Shown here piece by piece: positions 1 through 12,813 of a stretch of 64,000 nt of DNA; position 1 is the stretch's first letter; each line of letters opens with the position of its first letter. The stretch spans positions 2,480,001-2,544,000 of the forward strand of contig JBNJNM010000021.1 in NCBI GenBank assembly GCA_052426225.1, given 5' to 3'. Below the pieces are notes generated by a model that was not told where the DNA came from, ran no database searches, and was given only the letters and a program-made list of their open reading frames with translations. Origin of the DNA: Zancudomyces culisetae HAW-14-8. Taxonomy: Eukaryota; Fungi; Kickxellomycota. Made by a program: the position numbers and the translations under genes.

Positions 1-1
1 C

Positions 2-631
2 AAGCATTACTACAATGTCTTTGAAACCGACGAAATTAAACTCGACAACAAGTGGGTAGTTGTAGTACAACACATGGTTGTTTATGCAATCTTGGCCTCA
101 TACTCTAATGAACAAGTAGATCTGCTCAATCGCATCAAACAACTGTCCTCTGAACTGGAGAAGCTTCCTATATATTCCAACCTCCTCAAACTTTTTACCA
201 CCCAAAAACTCATTTCATGGGACAAATTTTCTACCGACTTCTTGCATACTCTAGTCCAATCCGACGTATTCTCCGAGCAAACCGAGGGTGGAAAAATCAG
301 ATCAACCAGACTACACAACTGCGTTGTCGAGCACAACATCAGAGTCATTGCCTCCTACTACTCAAAAATCACTCTCACTAGGCTTTCTCAGCTCATTGGT
401 TTGGATATAGATCAGGCTGAGGAAAAAGTCTGTCATTTGGTTGTAACCAAGGTCATTTATGCTAGAATCGACCGTCCAAGCAAGATAGTCTCCTTTTTGC
501 AACCCAAATCCGTTGACCAGGAGCTTAATGAATGGGTTTCCGATGTCAACTCCCTACTTATGTTGGTGGAAAAGACTTCCCATCTAATTGATAAAGAGGG
601 GATCGTCACATCCATCACTCGTACCCTTTAG
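2..631 (+). CDS. RPN5: 26S proteasome lid subunit Rpn5/PSMD12, 3' part (PCI domain); 5' end lies outside the window
   Basis: Frame is open from base 2. Contains VVEHNIRVIASYYSKITLTRLSQL and YARIDRPSKIVSF, and ends LNEW...LVEKTSHLIDKE, typical of Rpn5. Confidence 0.95.
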   Translation, partial: KHYYNVFETDEIKLDNKWVVVVQHMVVYAILASYSNEQVDLLNRIKQLSSELEKLPIYSNLLKLFTTQKLISWDKFSTDFLHTLVQSDVFSEQTEGGKIRSTRLHNCVVEHNIRVIASYYSKITLTRLSQLIGLDIDQAEEKVCHLVVTKVIYARIDRPSKIVSFLQPKSVDQELNEWVSDVNSLLMLVEKTSHLIDKEGIVTSITRTL

Positions 632-1069
632 CTTAATATTTTATTTTACCATTCTCTTTTCCATTTTTCTACATTTTTATGTTGTAACTATTTCTTTCTA
701 ATAAATGCAATTTTATACTTCTTGTTAAAATGATTACTGGAACTCAAAGTCAAGCAGTCTAATGTTCCCATACTCTCCCTCTTCCCTCCTTATTCTCTAA
801 CTCTGTAATCCCCCGCCGCCACTTTCACACCCACAATTTTACTTATTTCATCATAATATTTACCCAATCTTTTTTTTTAAATCCATACTTAGTAGTAAAT
901 ATATGATTAGATTCATTATTAATATTTGATATTCATCTATACATCTTTACATTTATTCATTTATTTTAAAAACTATACTATATGTCATTTATGTCGTATT
1001 TACAATAAACAAAATATGGAATAAAATAATCCATTTTTAAACAATATCTTCTATCATTTACAACAAGCT

Positions 1070-4000
1070 TTAGCTGATTGTCTGTACTATTACACTTTGC
1101 GCAAACAGAACTGTCGAGACTGTAGTAGATAATGTGCCTATTTTTCACGAATGTTAGTCTTGTTAATATTTTAGCTCATTTTACCATTTTAATTTAAATG
1201 TCTTCCAACAACACCTGTGTTTACTGATATATCAAGTAAAAAAAACATTAGTGGTTCTATATATTACCTGTAACCGTGGCAATTAATATCGCTGATAGCT
1301 CGGTGCTATTTTTCGTACAAGTCGTGGTCATCTGTGTTGTCATCACTGTGTTGGTCATTGTATTAGTTGCTGTGTAGCTGGTTACTGTAGATGTAAACTT
1401 GACACTGGATATCGACACTGATACTGAGGTGAGAGTTGTGGTTTCCACCACTGTTTGAGTTGTTGTAGATGTTTCTGTTGGTATTTCATCAGTGATTTCG
1501 TTACCTACAATTGAATCATTACTACTTGTACATGTGAACACAAAATTTGTTGATATTACTGTAGATGTAATAAAAGTAGTTGGTGCTTTGACAGAAAGTA
1601 TATCTGTAATTATAGTTATTGGAGCTGGTGGCTGGATAGTTACAGGCGGTCTCTGCGTGATTATATTATTTACCACATAGCTCACCTGTGGCTGCAATTG
1701 AGGAACGGTTTGTACCTGTGTTGGAAGAGCCACAGGAAACGTTCCAGAATTGGCTGCCTGCGCTATAACAGGCGAAATCGTTTGCGTTATCAGTACTGGT
1801 GTTAGAGTCTGCGTTACCAGTACTGGTGTCAGCGATTGTGTCAAATACATAGGCGTAATCGTTTGCGTCAACAAGATTGGTATAACAGGAAGTGGTCCAT
1901 TTTGTTGTTGTATATTCTGTACAGTATTCTGGTTAACAACTTGAATTACAGGTTGTACAGTAATAGGCTGCACTGCAGGTTGTACGGTAATAGGCTCTAC
2001 AGGAATAGGCTGTACAGAAATGGGCTGTAAAAGTGGGTCGAGACTGGCACCTTGGGTGTTTTCTTGATTTATTACTTGTGTTGGTCCGAGTCCTGCAGGG
2101 AAAGTCTGGTATACTTGAGATTTTATCGATATGAAATTGGTAACTGTTACAAGAGGAGGTGGTTGTGGTTGTGGTTGTGGTTGTGGCTGTGGCTGTGGCT
2201 GTGGCTGTGGTTGCGGTTGTGGCTGTGGTTGTAGTTGTGGTTGTGGCTGTGGTTGCGGTTGTGGTTGTGGCTGTGGTTGCGGTTGTGGTTGTGGCTGTGG
2301 TTGCGGTTGTGGCTGTGGTTGTACTACTGTAAATATCGGCGTTTGTATAGCACCACTGAATGGCATGCTTTGTTGATACATAGGCAGTTGTGTTTGTACA
2401 AAAACACTCTCCGGAAGTTCCAAACTCTGTGCTGCTGACGTATTTCCCACCACAACGATTGTACTGGTGATCTGGGATGGTTGGTTAGCAGTTGCCACAT
2501 TTACGGCATAACCATTTGCATAGTTTACACGCTTTTCCAAATTTCCTTCCTGTGGAAATGCCATATTCCTACCACCCGTTAATGCCTCGCCAATTCGCAA
2601 TGCCCTATTATTGAGCTTGTTTACCTGAAATCCACAATAAACCGCCCCGTTTTCAGAGTCAAAACAAACTGTGTTGTCGCCGCATGTGAATCGCACCACC
2701 ACCTTGTTCACACACTGTGTGTAGCCCCCAGTAACTCCAGCCTGCTCACATTTGAACTTTCCCTCATTAGTGCATGACTCTGGTAATACTTGATCTCTAT
2801 CACTCTTTTTTTGGCTGAGAACACTTTTTTCATCAGCACTCCCATTTACCTGCTGTTGTAAATCTGTTTCCCTATCCCCCTTTTTTGCGCAGCTAATGTC
2901 TTTTCCTCTTTGATAGCATGCATTATCTTCGCCACAACTATACACAATGGCTTTGCTGTCCACGCACTGTACATAAAATTGCGCCCTCCCATCCGCTTCA
3001 ATACAAGAATATCGCTTTTCTCCGCTGCAAACATCGCTACTTACTTTGATTACAGAATTTTCCCCATTGCTTATATCCTTGGTATTCTTTGAGACGCTAG
3101 TTATACTCTGATTAGTATCCTGTGCCTTACCAAGGCTAGTATTCTGCGATGCTGTCGTGTCCCTGACATCCCTTACCTCTACAGTTTTGGTAGTAACAAT
3201 TGCGTTTTGACCAACTTGTGATTGGGGCCCACCACCATCAACAATACCTAGAAAGCTGTTTGGTGAGATCTTATCACTAAACATAATGTCTTGACATGTT
3301 GCTTTTCCACCTCTATAGTAGCACCTTTGGTTTGTCAGACAATATGCGTACTCAATTTTATTATTTTTGCACGTATAATATGTTCTATCCAAGCCATCTT
3401 CGTACAAACACCTGTTTGCATCCTCATCTGTCACATTACATTCAATTCCAGGTAATTTTACAGCTCTGGTTACGTTTGATTTGTCATTTCTCTTTGCAAT
3501 CCTCACTCTCATATCCTTTCCATCACCACTAAGACCATATAGTCTATCCAAGTAGCTGCTGTTTTCAGGAACTAACCCCACTTTTGGCTTGCATTTTACT
3601 TCACCTGTTGTACCATCACAATAATACCCACCAGGACACATGTTCAATGTTTTTTTATTATTCTCGCATTGAATATAATACTTTGACTCGACCCCTATCT
3701 CAAGGCATTTTTCATCTTTGCTCTTCATGCAGTATGCTGGGTTCAAGTTAGTTTCAAGGCCTCCACTCTTCACAATATTGGTTAAAGTATTTGATTCAAT
3801 CGAAACACTTTCTATACACTTTATACTTCCATCCGTATTTTCGCACTGTTGATTTTTAGAACAAGAAAAGTACTCTTTTACATTATCCAAACACAAGTAA
3901 TACATACTTTTATTATTGGCACCATCTACACACCCCCCTGAATTTGCACAATATTCTTTGGCACTTTTACCTGCATTTATTTCCTGTTTTATACCACTTT

Positions 4001-4106
4001 TATTGTATTCCTCTAAAAAATCATCTATAATTCCTCCAGATACTGTAACACTCCCACTTGCTAATATTAAAACCTTTAATTTTTTTAGTATCCTTTGTAT
4101 TTTCAT
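1070..4106 (-). CDS. Secreted protein with Cys-rich (CBM19/chitin-binding-like) repeats, a PQ tract and a Thr/Val-rich C-terminus; exons 4106-1268 and 1137-1070
   Basis: 949-aa ORF with a hydrophobic N-terminus and about 6 repeats of type C..YYxCxNN..xxxC.xxxxC...C. Donor AG|GTAATA at 1267, branch ACTAAC and acceptor TAG at 1138 give an in-frame last exon (GTLSTTVSTVLFAQSVIVQTIS*). The CBM19 label is from Cys spacing only. Confidence 0.7.
2158..2322 (-). repeat. Hexanucleotide coding repeat (CARCCN)n encoding about 27 Pro-Gln dipeptides
   Basis: ggttgt/ggctgt/ggttgc tandem array on the + strand. Confidence 0.95.
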
Positions 4107-6830
4107 CTTGTTTTTATATATCCTATGTTACATTCAAGTCAAAATTTAGACTCTCGTTTTAATTCCGCTCTATACTAACGTATTCTAATATAATTTCGTT
4201 AGTTTTTTTAGTAGCACTCTACTCAACATATTCGATCTATTATGTGATCAAAAAATATAAACTCTAAGAATTTATATATACAGCTTGTATTTTAAATTCT
4301 GCTTCGATGTAATACTATAGCTTCCTACAAATATATGATTCAAAAATTGCTCTTGTATTAGTAAGAGTACGTTGAGAATTAATACTAATTAATGGAAATA
4401 GGAAAGCAGTTGAGTGTAGCTAGTCTAAGTATCTAGTTTTTATTCTTTCTGCATCAGCCATCTGACACTAATTACTAAAAAATAACGAGTATCGGTTTAC
4501 TATATATTCGTCACTTGTCACTTGTCTCTCGCCACTCGACTATTTATTTTTTGGATGCTTTTCTTGTAATGGAAAAATATAACAAAAACAGACGACGTCA
4601 CTACTGATATTTTCCTATTTGACGCTTTTGAAATTTCAAACAAGGTGCTAGACTGTTCATCATCTCCGAAAACGGAATATCACAAAGCACCGCCTGGCAG
4701 TTTATTACCTTTACGAGCCAATGCACTATTTTTAATTTAATTTAATCTTTATTTGGTTTTGTTGACTGCAAGTAAATCGCAAGTACATAAACCACAATGT
4801 AGATACAAACTTATGACGCGTTACACTTCTAAACATTGGTTCGGACTTAGATATATGGCTCGCAACCATACATATTCCTTCCTCCCTTTGCTAGCTTCAT
4901 CTCGCTACAGCACTTTTATTAATTTTTTTTTTTGGTTGGAGGCTTTTTTATTCTTTCAACTCTATGTAGATATTAAATCGGTTATTCAGTCCACAAAATG
5001 ATCTGTAAGCACCTTATTATTCACAATCTAGCCCTTTCTTTACGTATGTCAACTCAAAACTAACAAACGCTAGACCTATAGAATCACCTTAGTATTGTGT
5101 TTTTATGCTCGTATCAAAGTAATGCAAGTTTGATACAGAAAGTTAAAATAATGACCAATTTAAAGAACGCGGAAGCACAATTATGATTTGCCTTTCAGTA
5201 TCCAAATCTAAGCCAAGGGTATACATATTGTGTTGTTTACAATTGGAATGGGGTAAATATATCAATATTGTCTATTGTTAAAAAACTTTGCCCGTAAAGC
5301 CAGACTACCTAGGACTATATTACAAATTTACCAACAAGAGTGAAAGCACCCTTTCTAAACTTGTAAAATTGTTGCAATATAATTGATCATGTTTACCCAT
5401 CACTCCTACTGTGAATTTTTACCAATTGCAGGGCATTTGCCTCGCAGTTTAGTAAGTATACTATGACGCTGTTTTTTTGTTGGATGTAGACCGCCAACTA
5501 GACAATCAACACATGTATCTACTCATTTGTGTTGAGGATGGTTTTCATTACTTCAAACGCAGTAGAGTATTTCTGGTGTATATAACCTTTTTTCACTCCT
5601 CCCCTTGTACTCGAACTAGATACGATAGGGATGTTTCATGTATATACAGAATAACAGAACAGAATGTGCGGCTCAGCTATACACTCGCTGTTTCTATAAA
5701 GACCATTGGAGTACAAAACCTTAATATAATACCCTAGTGTGGTGGTGGTGGGGGTGGATATTGCTATTATAGAATACAAGCACACTCTTTTTTGATGGAA
5801 GACACACTGTAGAAATATAAAAAACAAGATATATCCTCCTCAACCAACGCATCCCTTGTAAATTTTTGGTATTTGGTATTTGGAAATACTGTACTTTCTA
5901 ATTCTCAGCCTAAAAGATGGAATTACTTGAAAATTATGAGCCTCACATTAAAAAATAGCCCTACATCTCCCCTCTCACCTGTAAAACAAACACTTTATTT
6001 TTCCATGTGCTATTGCCGGCATCACGTCCATTTTTTTGCCTTCATATTATGTAGACCCACAATATCCGCTTGTCAAAATAAGTGATTTCCCCACATCTTC
6101 TACCTCGTGTCTAAAATGAAAATTGCATTTAATTGAGTATAGGCGAAATTAACAGATATTGACTTTGTATTAGAATTTATTTTTTGGCTGTGCAATTCTT
6201 GTGAGAAAATAAAGTATCGTCGCATTTGAGTATACGTAAAAGACAAACATATGTAGATTGGGGAAGGGCGGGAAGAGGGAGTATTTGACTGAGTTGGGTG
6301 ATGCAATTGAGCAAGACCAAATACCACATGCCTTTTAGTACATTGAGGACAGGTGTCAAAAAGTTAAAGCAATGAGTTGTGGTGTTCTTTGCTCACCGTG
6401 GTTTAAAACAACTGGCTTTAGGGTTGTGTTGGCCTAAATTCCAAAAGTTCCAAGCAAAAAGTCTATTAGCTTAAAAGTAAATAATTATTAAAAAGAAAAG
6501 AAAAAGAAAAATAAATGAAAAGGCTTGGCGAATTAATGGCATCTTTGCGATTTATTGGAAAACTTGGTGCTAAAAATTGGTGAGTTATGCAGGTGTGTAA
6601 CTTGTAACCCCAGAAATCGGGTCTATGTTTAGACGTAATTTATTGTCTCATTCTAATTACAGTATTCCCTAAAATACAGTGCTTTTTTTCTTCTCAACTA
6701 TTTCGAGATACTCTCTGGTCATCATTTAATACAATGAGGCATACAGAATCTGAAAACATGAAATAAGTAATATCAGTAACAGCCTGACAGCAACACATTT
6801 ATTTCAATATAAAAGCAAGAAAAAGACATA

Positions 6831-9389
6831 ATGGTGGAAATAAAAAGAAAAACGGTAAGCCAATTTTTGGTACTAATAGTGCCAATTATTGTTGCATGGT
6901 GTGTAGGATACCAAAAGTACAAGGCGGCAAAAAGTGTGTTTACGAAGGATGCCAGTTTAAGTACGATTATAAGCAATGAAATGACAATAAGCACTAACCC
7001 AAATTTTGTAGAAAATGGGGACAATAGCAGCATAATGGCCGATAGTAATGAACGAACTATTAAAGAGGAAAAGATTTTGATATTTGTTCAGATAACAGAT
7101 CTGCATATAAGCAAGTTTAATAAGAAGGGAGGGTACACACATCTTTTATACTTTCTGGAGAATGGGCACAAATTAATAACACCAGAATTACTGGTGATAA
7201 CAGGCGATTTAACAGATGGAAAAAACAAAAACAACCTAAGTAGCAAGCAGCACGAAGAAGAATGGGAAGCATATAAGAGGATAATTGCTCGGTACGGATT
7301 GAATTCTAGAAAAGAGGGAAAATATGTCATTGATCAGCGTGGTAACCATGATTGCTTCAATGTGAATGGCTGGGAGTCAGATGCAAACTATTATAGGACA
7401 CATAGCGTGTCGAAAAAAAAGGGGCATGGTATGGTATTAAATAAAGAGTACGGAAAATACTGCTTTATTGCGACTGATGGATGCCCAAGGAGAGGGCTTG
7501 CAAGACCCCTAAACTTTTTTGGGTACCTAGAGGGAGAGGAAATGGATATGCTGCGGGAACAACTAGCCGAATGTAAAGATAGTAACCACACAATTATGTT
7601 GAATCATTATCCAGTGAGTGTGATGAAGTATGGAAGCAGTATAATTAGAGCTGGAGAAGAGGCAGAAAAGTTTGGGATAAAAGAGTTGGAGGAAGGAATC
7701 AGTGTTTTTCTTACTGGACATCTACACCAGCTCATAGGTGGAATGGGAAAAAGCCTTAAAGGATATAAACAAACACCTAAAAACAAAGGATATTTGGAAC
7801 TAGAGCTTGGGGATATGAAGGACCATGCGATTTACAGGGTAGTTGCGATTGACAATGATATTATCTCTTTTGTTGATGTTGTACACACTTTACCACAAGG
7901 AAGAATACCGGCAATTTCACCCAACCCAGACAATCCATTGTCAATAGACCAGGTGGAAAAAGTTAAACAGCCACCCGTGGTCCTGGTAACAAACCCCAAG
8001 GACTCGCGGTATAATATTCCTGGGCATGAGCCACTGGAGCGGATAATGGAGAGTACTGAAATCAGAATTTTGGTTTGGGCAGACACTGGCGTCCGAAATG
8101 TACACGTAGAACTTGATGGAGTGAGCCTCGGATACGCCCAACCAAAGACAAAAATCGCATCCACCTTGGATAATATCGAGAAAAGGTACGAAAACCACAA
8201 AGATGGAAGCTTGGGAAATTATGTCCCGTTGTACACTTTGAAGTGGGACCCAGAGCATATTTATGGTAAATATCAGGAGAAAATCCATACTTTGAGAGTA
8301 AAAGTTCTAGATAATGATGGGGCTGAAACGACTAGCGAGACGGTGTTTAGGTTATCTAAAACCAAAAGCGATCCGTTGCCAATCAATAACTTTTGGAGTG
8401 GAGGGTGGATAATAATGTCCAATTTTGAAAAGTTTTTGGAACGTACAGCTTTGATGTCCTACTTTGGAGCAGTAATATTGGTGTTGTTAATACCCAAATT
8501 GATTGCCGTATATCATACACAATCATTGATTGGGGAAAGGGTATGGACATCTTCAAAACCTGACTATGTTCCGGAGGATAATAACATTGCAACACTAGTG
8601 AGATTGAAGCTGAAGCTAGGGTTATTGGTAGCGCAAAATAATAGAAACTGGCTCACGGAAAAGCTTACAAATCTGGTTCTTGTCATGAACAATCCAGTTT
8701 TATTTTACTCGCTCTATGTGTATTCCATACTGATATGCGTGTTTCCGCTGTTTACAGGAAACATGATTAAATTATTTGATGGTGATCATAAAGCATATAC
8801 TGCGGTTAAAGGACACGTATATGGATACGGGGTTTTGATACAAGGAGAGTGGGTTCCTTTAACAGATACATGGATGTATGCCATCTCCTCGATTCTGTAT
8901 CCATTGATAATACTACCTCTATATTTGGCACTTTTCGCAGTAAAATGGGATGAAAATGACAACGACAACGGTACTATGATAGTTGTTGGGCATGAGGTAA
9001 TGGAAGGAGATGAAAGCGAGGAAGGTTTGGAAAGAGATGATAGTGGCAATGATGATGAAGTACAGAGGATAGAAGAAAAGAAAAGAGCCAAGCTGCTAAA
9101 AACACTCACAAGCTTAGCAATGACATTTATGTACTTGTACTTTTTGATAATCCCCATGATTATGACATGCAGTGTATATGGTATGTTCCTGACACTGGTC
9201 TCAGGAATAGGGCGATTTTATAACGTATTGTTTTGCGGATGGGTTTTGGCCAAGTATTCGTATGGAGTAGAGAGAAAAATCTACACCAAACTGCGAGGGG
9301 ACATCAAACCGACGGAGCATGAACCAGATAGTTTTATAAGCTGCAGTAGGGATAGCTCTGCTAGTTTGATGTCAAACAAGTCAAAATAA
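6831..9389 (+). CDS. TMEM62: TMEM62-like membrane-anchored calcineurin-like metallophosphoesterase
   Basis: Motifs QITDLH, TGDLTD, RGNHD, NHYP, GHLH, ELELGDMK and VLVTNPKD; N-terminal anchor and several C-terminal TM helices. Confidence 0.85.
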   Translation: MVEIKRKTVSQFLVLIVPIIVAWCVGYQKYKAAKSVFTKDASLSTIISNEMTISTNPNFVENGDNSSIMADSNERTIKEEKILIFVQITDLHISKFNKKGGYTHLLYFLENGHKLITPELLVITGDLTDGKNKNNLSSKQHEEEWEAYKRIIARYGLNSRKEGKYVIDQRGNHDCFNVNGWESDANYYRTHSVSKKKGHGMVLNKEYGKYCFIATDGCPRRGLARPLNFFGYLEGEEMDMLREQLAECKDSNHTIMLNHYPVSVMKYGSSIIRAGEEAEKFGIKELEEGISVFLTGHLHQLIGGMGKSLKGYKQTPKNKGYLELELGDMKDHAIYRVVAIDNDIISFVDVVHTLPQGRIPAISPNPDNPLSIDQVEKVKQPPVVLVTNPKDSRYNIPGHEPLERIMESTEIRILVWADTGVRNVHVELDGVSLGYAQPKTKIASTLDNIEKRYENHKDGSLGNYVPLYTLKWDPEHIYGKYQEKIHTLRVKVLDNDGAETTSETVFRLSKTKSDPLPINNFWSGGWIIMSNFEKFLERTALMSYFGAVILVLLIPKLIAVYHTQSLIGERVWTSSKPDYVPEDNNIATLVRLKLKLGLLVAQNNRNWLTEKLTNLVLVMNNPVLFYSLYVYSILICVFPLFTGNMIKLFDGDHKAYTAVKGHVYGYGVLIQGEWVPLTDTWMYAISSILYPLIILPLYLALFAVKWDENDNDNGTMIVVGHEVMEGDESEEGLERDDSGNDDEVQRIEEKKRAKLLKTLTSLAMTFMYLYFLIIPMIMTCSVYGMFLTLVSGIGRFYNVLFCGWVLAKYSYGVERKIYTKLRGDIKPTEHEPDSFISCSRDSSASLMSNKSK

Positions 9390-10823
9390 AACTTTTTTAA
9401 CTGAATTTAAATAAACACAACTCTGTACATCCGACACCTTATGATCAAATATTAAGAATGTTCTGGATTATTTGAGCTCATTAAATTTATCCGGTTTTTT
9501 ACATCCATATTTTTAGCCGATTAAATTAAATATTAGACCTGAGATTCTAAGTTTAGCAAAACATATAATTAAAGCAAAAAGAAAAATTTTTTTCCCGAAA
9601 AACTACTTGAAAAGATGTGGCAAGAAGAAAACTCGGAATCATTTGGATTAATGTCAAAAATCATCGAATAATGATCCATGTGCGAATATCCGCAAATCGG
9701 ATTACAGCTACCCAATAACTACTGTTAATAACAACTACTGGTTGATCTTTTTTAGGTTAAAATTTTGTTACATCATGGATTTTCGGAATGTAAATGCGTG
9801 AAAATAATATATATATTTATATATAACAACATTTTGCTGGTTGGTGAATACAGTTAAAAATAGTTAGAAAATTAACATGTATGCTCTTTTTAAATGGCTG
9901 AGTCGATTAAATATTAAAGATAAATAATAATAATTAGTATTGTTATTGTATTATATAAAGCCATAACAAAAAAAATTTTTTTTGACTTATATGTTAATCT
10001 TTTATAACATAGTCATGGCAGAGATAAATATAAAAAAGAAATAGAAGAAAGAAATAGAAAAAAGAATAGAAAAAATAACGGCCAACAAATTGGTATTTCA
10101 ACATGTCAAAACACCAAAAAAGTGTTATAAGTTGATATGGTACTGCAATTGGCTAATGAAAATAGGGAACTTTACCCTGATTAGCATGATTTCTTTGGAA
10201 TTTGATGAAAGCAAAACTACAAAAAATAGAGTAAGGAAAAGGATTGGGATAAAACTGAAAACAAGATAGGTCTGACCTAGTTTATTAAAGTGATTGTGAA
10301 AAGTGACCCAAAAAAAAAAAATCAACTTTACGCTGATAAACGGCTAGAAAACATTAAGAAGCGGGCTTGAATAGCTTGCTTTCGCCAAGTAAATTACAAG
10401 TGATGAAGCATCCTGTTTAAAGTATAAAACGGGAATAATTTTTCTTAGACGTTTTTAGCATCTACAGCTTAAGGAACACAATATTTTTGATTAACTCTAG
10501 AAAAGCAACTTTTTTGTATTTATTACAGGTAACACATAGTACACCAATATAACAAGCGTTGAATAACTTTAATTTATTCTTTTCCGGGTTTTTTTTGTTT
10601 TAAAGTCGCAAAGTAACAGTTGTAAATTTTCAGAACATAAAATAATTGCAACAATAATACAATATTTTCTAGCACGTGATTGAGCAAAGAATAACGCGAT
10701 ACCAGACTGAGAGTATCACAGACTAATTTATAATAAAAAAATAACAATAGCCAAGAGGGAAGGAAAGTAGGCAACAACTGTATATAGAATAAATAATACA
10801 GCAAAGGAGATATAGTTTCAAAA

Positions 10824-12515
10824 ATGGAAGCAACTGATACAGAAAGAAGCTTCGAAAAGGGAAGCGGTACGGCAGATATTCAAAATAGACAGCTGCAAGT
10901 CGAAGGAGATCATGGAGAAGTGCTTGAGAATACTGGAGAGAAGGCAGAGCAACCATCCTCAAAGTCATTGGCAGTAATTGTATTGGGATTGGGGACAGCA
11001 ATGTTTCTTGCGTCACTAGACAGCACAATTGTATCAACAGCCATGCCAACGATTGCACAGAACTTCAACTCTCTATCCATGATCACATGGGTAGCGACAT
11101 CGTATATGTTGACATCTACCGCATTACAGCCTTTATATGGAACACTGTCAGATATTTTCGGAAAAAAGACAATGTTGCTATTTTGTATAATAGTGTTTGA
11201 GCTTGCGTCTCTAGGCTGTGGGCTCTCCCAAAATATGATAATGCTAATTATATTTCGAGGAGTGGCAGGTGTTGGTGGTGCAGGCATTTTTGTGATGGTA
11301 ACGCTTTGTATCTCGCAACTGGTTCCAATAAGAGAGCGTGGAAAGTATATGGGAATTTTGGGTGCAGTGTTTGGACTTAGTAGTGTGCTTGGGCCACTAC
11401 TGGGAGGATTGTTCACAGACAAAGTGTCGTGGAGATGGTGCTTCTACATCAACCTCCCCTTGGCTGCGTTGTGTATTCCCACAGTGATGTTTTTGATAAA
11501 AATGGAACGACCAAAGGGAGGAATTGTGTCAAAACTTAAGAGAATTGATTTGTTGGGTGCACTTGTATTTGTAGCTGGATGTATCATGATTTTGTTAGCA
11601 CTGACATGGGGAGGTACTACATATAGCTGGAGCTCAGGAATCATCCTCGGAATGTTACTTGGAGGGTTTGCTATATTGGTAGTGTTTGTGTTTATTGAGC
11701 TCAAAGTTTCGCGTGAACCAATGATCAAAATGGAACTATTTGTTATGCGCAACCCAGTGCTTCTCTTTTCCTCACAGTTTTGTGCAGGTGTGGGAATGTA
11801 CAGCCTTATCTACTACATTCCAATATACTATCACACAGTTTACAATGGATCAGCGACAAAACAGGGTCTTTTCCTACTACCAATGATGTTGTCACTCGTT
11901 GTAGGCTCTGTCGGGTCAGGATGGGTCAGCTCAAAGACAGGAAAATACCGGATACTCATCTGGATAGGTATGGCAATCTTTTCTGTGGGTGTTGGATTGT
12001 TTCTTACTCTTAAACTATCAACATCACGTGCCGTGCAGAATATTTTTATGATAATTGCTGGGTTTGGGCTTGGAATGGCAATGCAGCTTATGACTATTGC
12101 CATTCAGGCATGTGTACCTCTACGTCTGGTAACTGGCGCCACCACTCTAATTACATTCTGTCGTGTAATTGGTGGAACTATTGGCCTTGCTATTGCTTCT
12201 GCAGTCTATAACACAGTTGTTAAAAGTAAGCTGGCCGACTTTTCCGCAGCCAATCCAGATTATTCGAAACTTGCTTCAAGTGTTATGAACAACTCTTCGC
12301 TTGCATTCTCTTCGGGTGTACCTTTAGATATCCGTGAAAAGATCTCGCAGTGCTTCATGTCTGGTGTCCACTCTGTCTTTCTCGTATCTACACCTTTTGC
12401 TTGTATCGGGTTCTTTGCACTTCTCTTCCTTAAAAGTTATCCTATGTCTTTGGGTGTTCAAGATTCTCAAAAGACGACCCAGGAAGAGTCTGAAAAAACC
12501 GCACAAGAGGTTTAG
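10824..12515 (+). CDS. MFS drug:H+ antiporter, DHA2 (14-TM) family
   Basis: LASLDSTIVSTAMPTI, WVATSYML, YGTLSDIFGKK, GPLLGGLFTDKVSWRWCFYINLP. Confidence 0.95.
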   Translation: MEATDTERSFEKGSGTADIQNRQLQVEGDHGEVLENTGEKAEQPSSKSLAVIVLGLGTAMFLASLDSTIVSTAMPTIAQNFNSLSMITWVATSYMLTSTALQPLYGTLSDIFGKKTMLLFCIIVFELASLGCGLSQNMIMLIIFRGVAGVGGAGIFVMVTLCISQLVPIRERGKYMGILGAVFGLSSVLGPLLGGLFTDKVSWRWCFYINLPLAALCIPTVMFLIKMERPKGGIVSKLKRIDLLGALVFVAGCIMILLALTWGGTTYSWSSGIILGMLLGGFAILVVFVFIELKVSREPMIKMELFVMRNPVLLFSSQFCAGVGMYSLIYYIPIYYHTVYNGSATKQGLFLLPMMLSLVVGSVGSGWVSSKTGKYRILIWIGMAIFSVGVGLFLTLKLSTSRAVQNIFMIIAGFGLGMAMQLMTIAIQACVPLRLVTGATTLITFCRVIGGTIGLAIASAVYNTVVKSKLADFSAANPDYSKLASSVMNNSSLAFSSGVPLDIREKISQCFMSGVHSVFLVSTPFACIGFFALLFLKSYPMSLGVQDSQKTTQEESEKTAQEV

Positions 12516-12813
12516 CAAGTCTGCAACACCTGATTGTGCAAGGAAAACTCTTTCTCTTTTTTTTGGAATGTTTCCAAGGCCAAACAGAATAAGGCAAAAA
12601 CATGGAAACCTTAGACTATTTTTCCCACTCACCAAGCATTTGGTTTATATATTTGTGTACAGATATGTTATTGTTTAGACAACATTTCTTTTTCCAATAA
12701 CAAAACATTAAAAAAAACTTCTAAAATAGTTTATTCTATACTTTAAAAACGTAAAACTAGGGGGGATGGGGTAGTACATTGAGCCTGTTTTACTCAGGTG
12801 ATCATTTTACCCA

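Noticed and set aside
2052-2438. ORFs with (GC)n and (WL)n peptides, resembling a metallothionein
   Set aside because: Antisense shadows of the PQ coding repeat.
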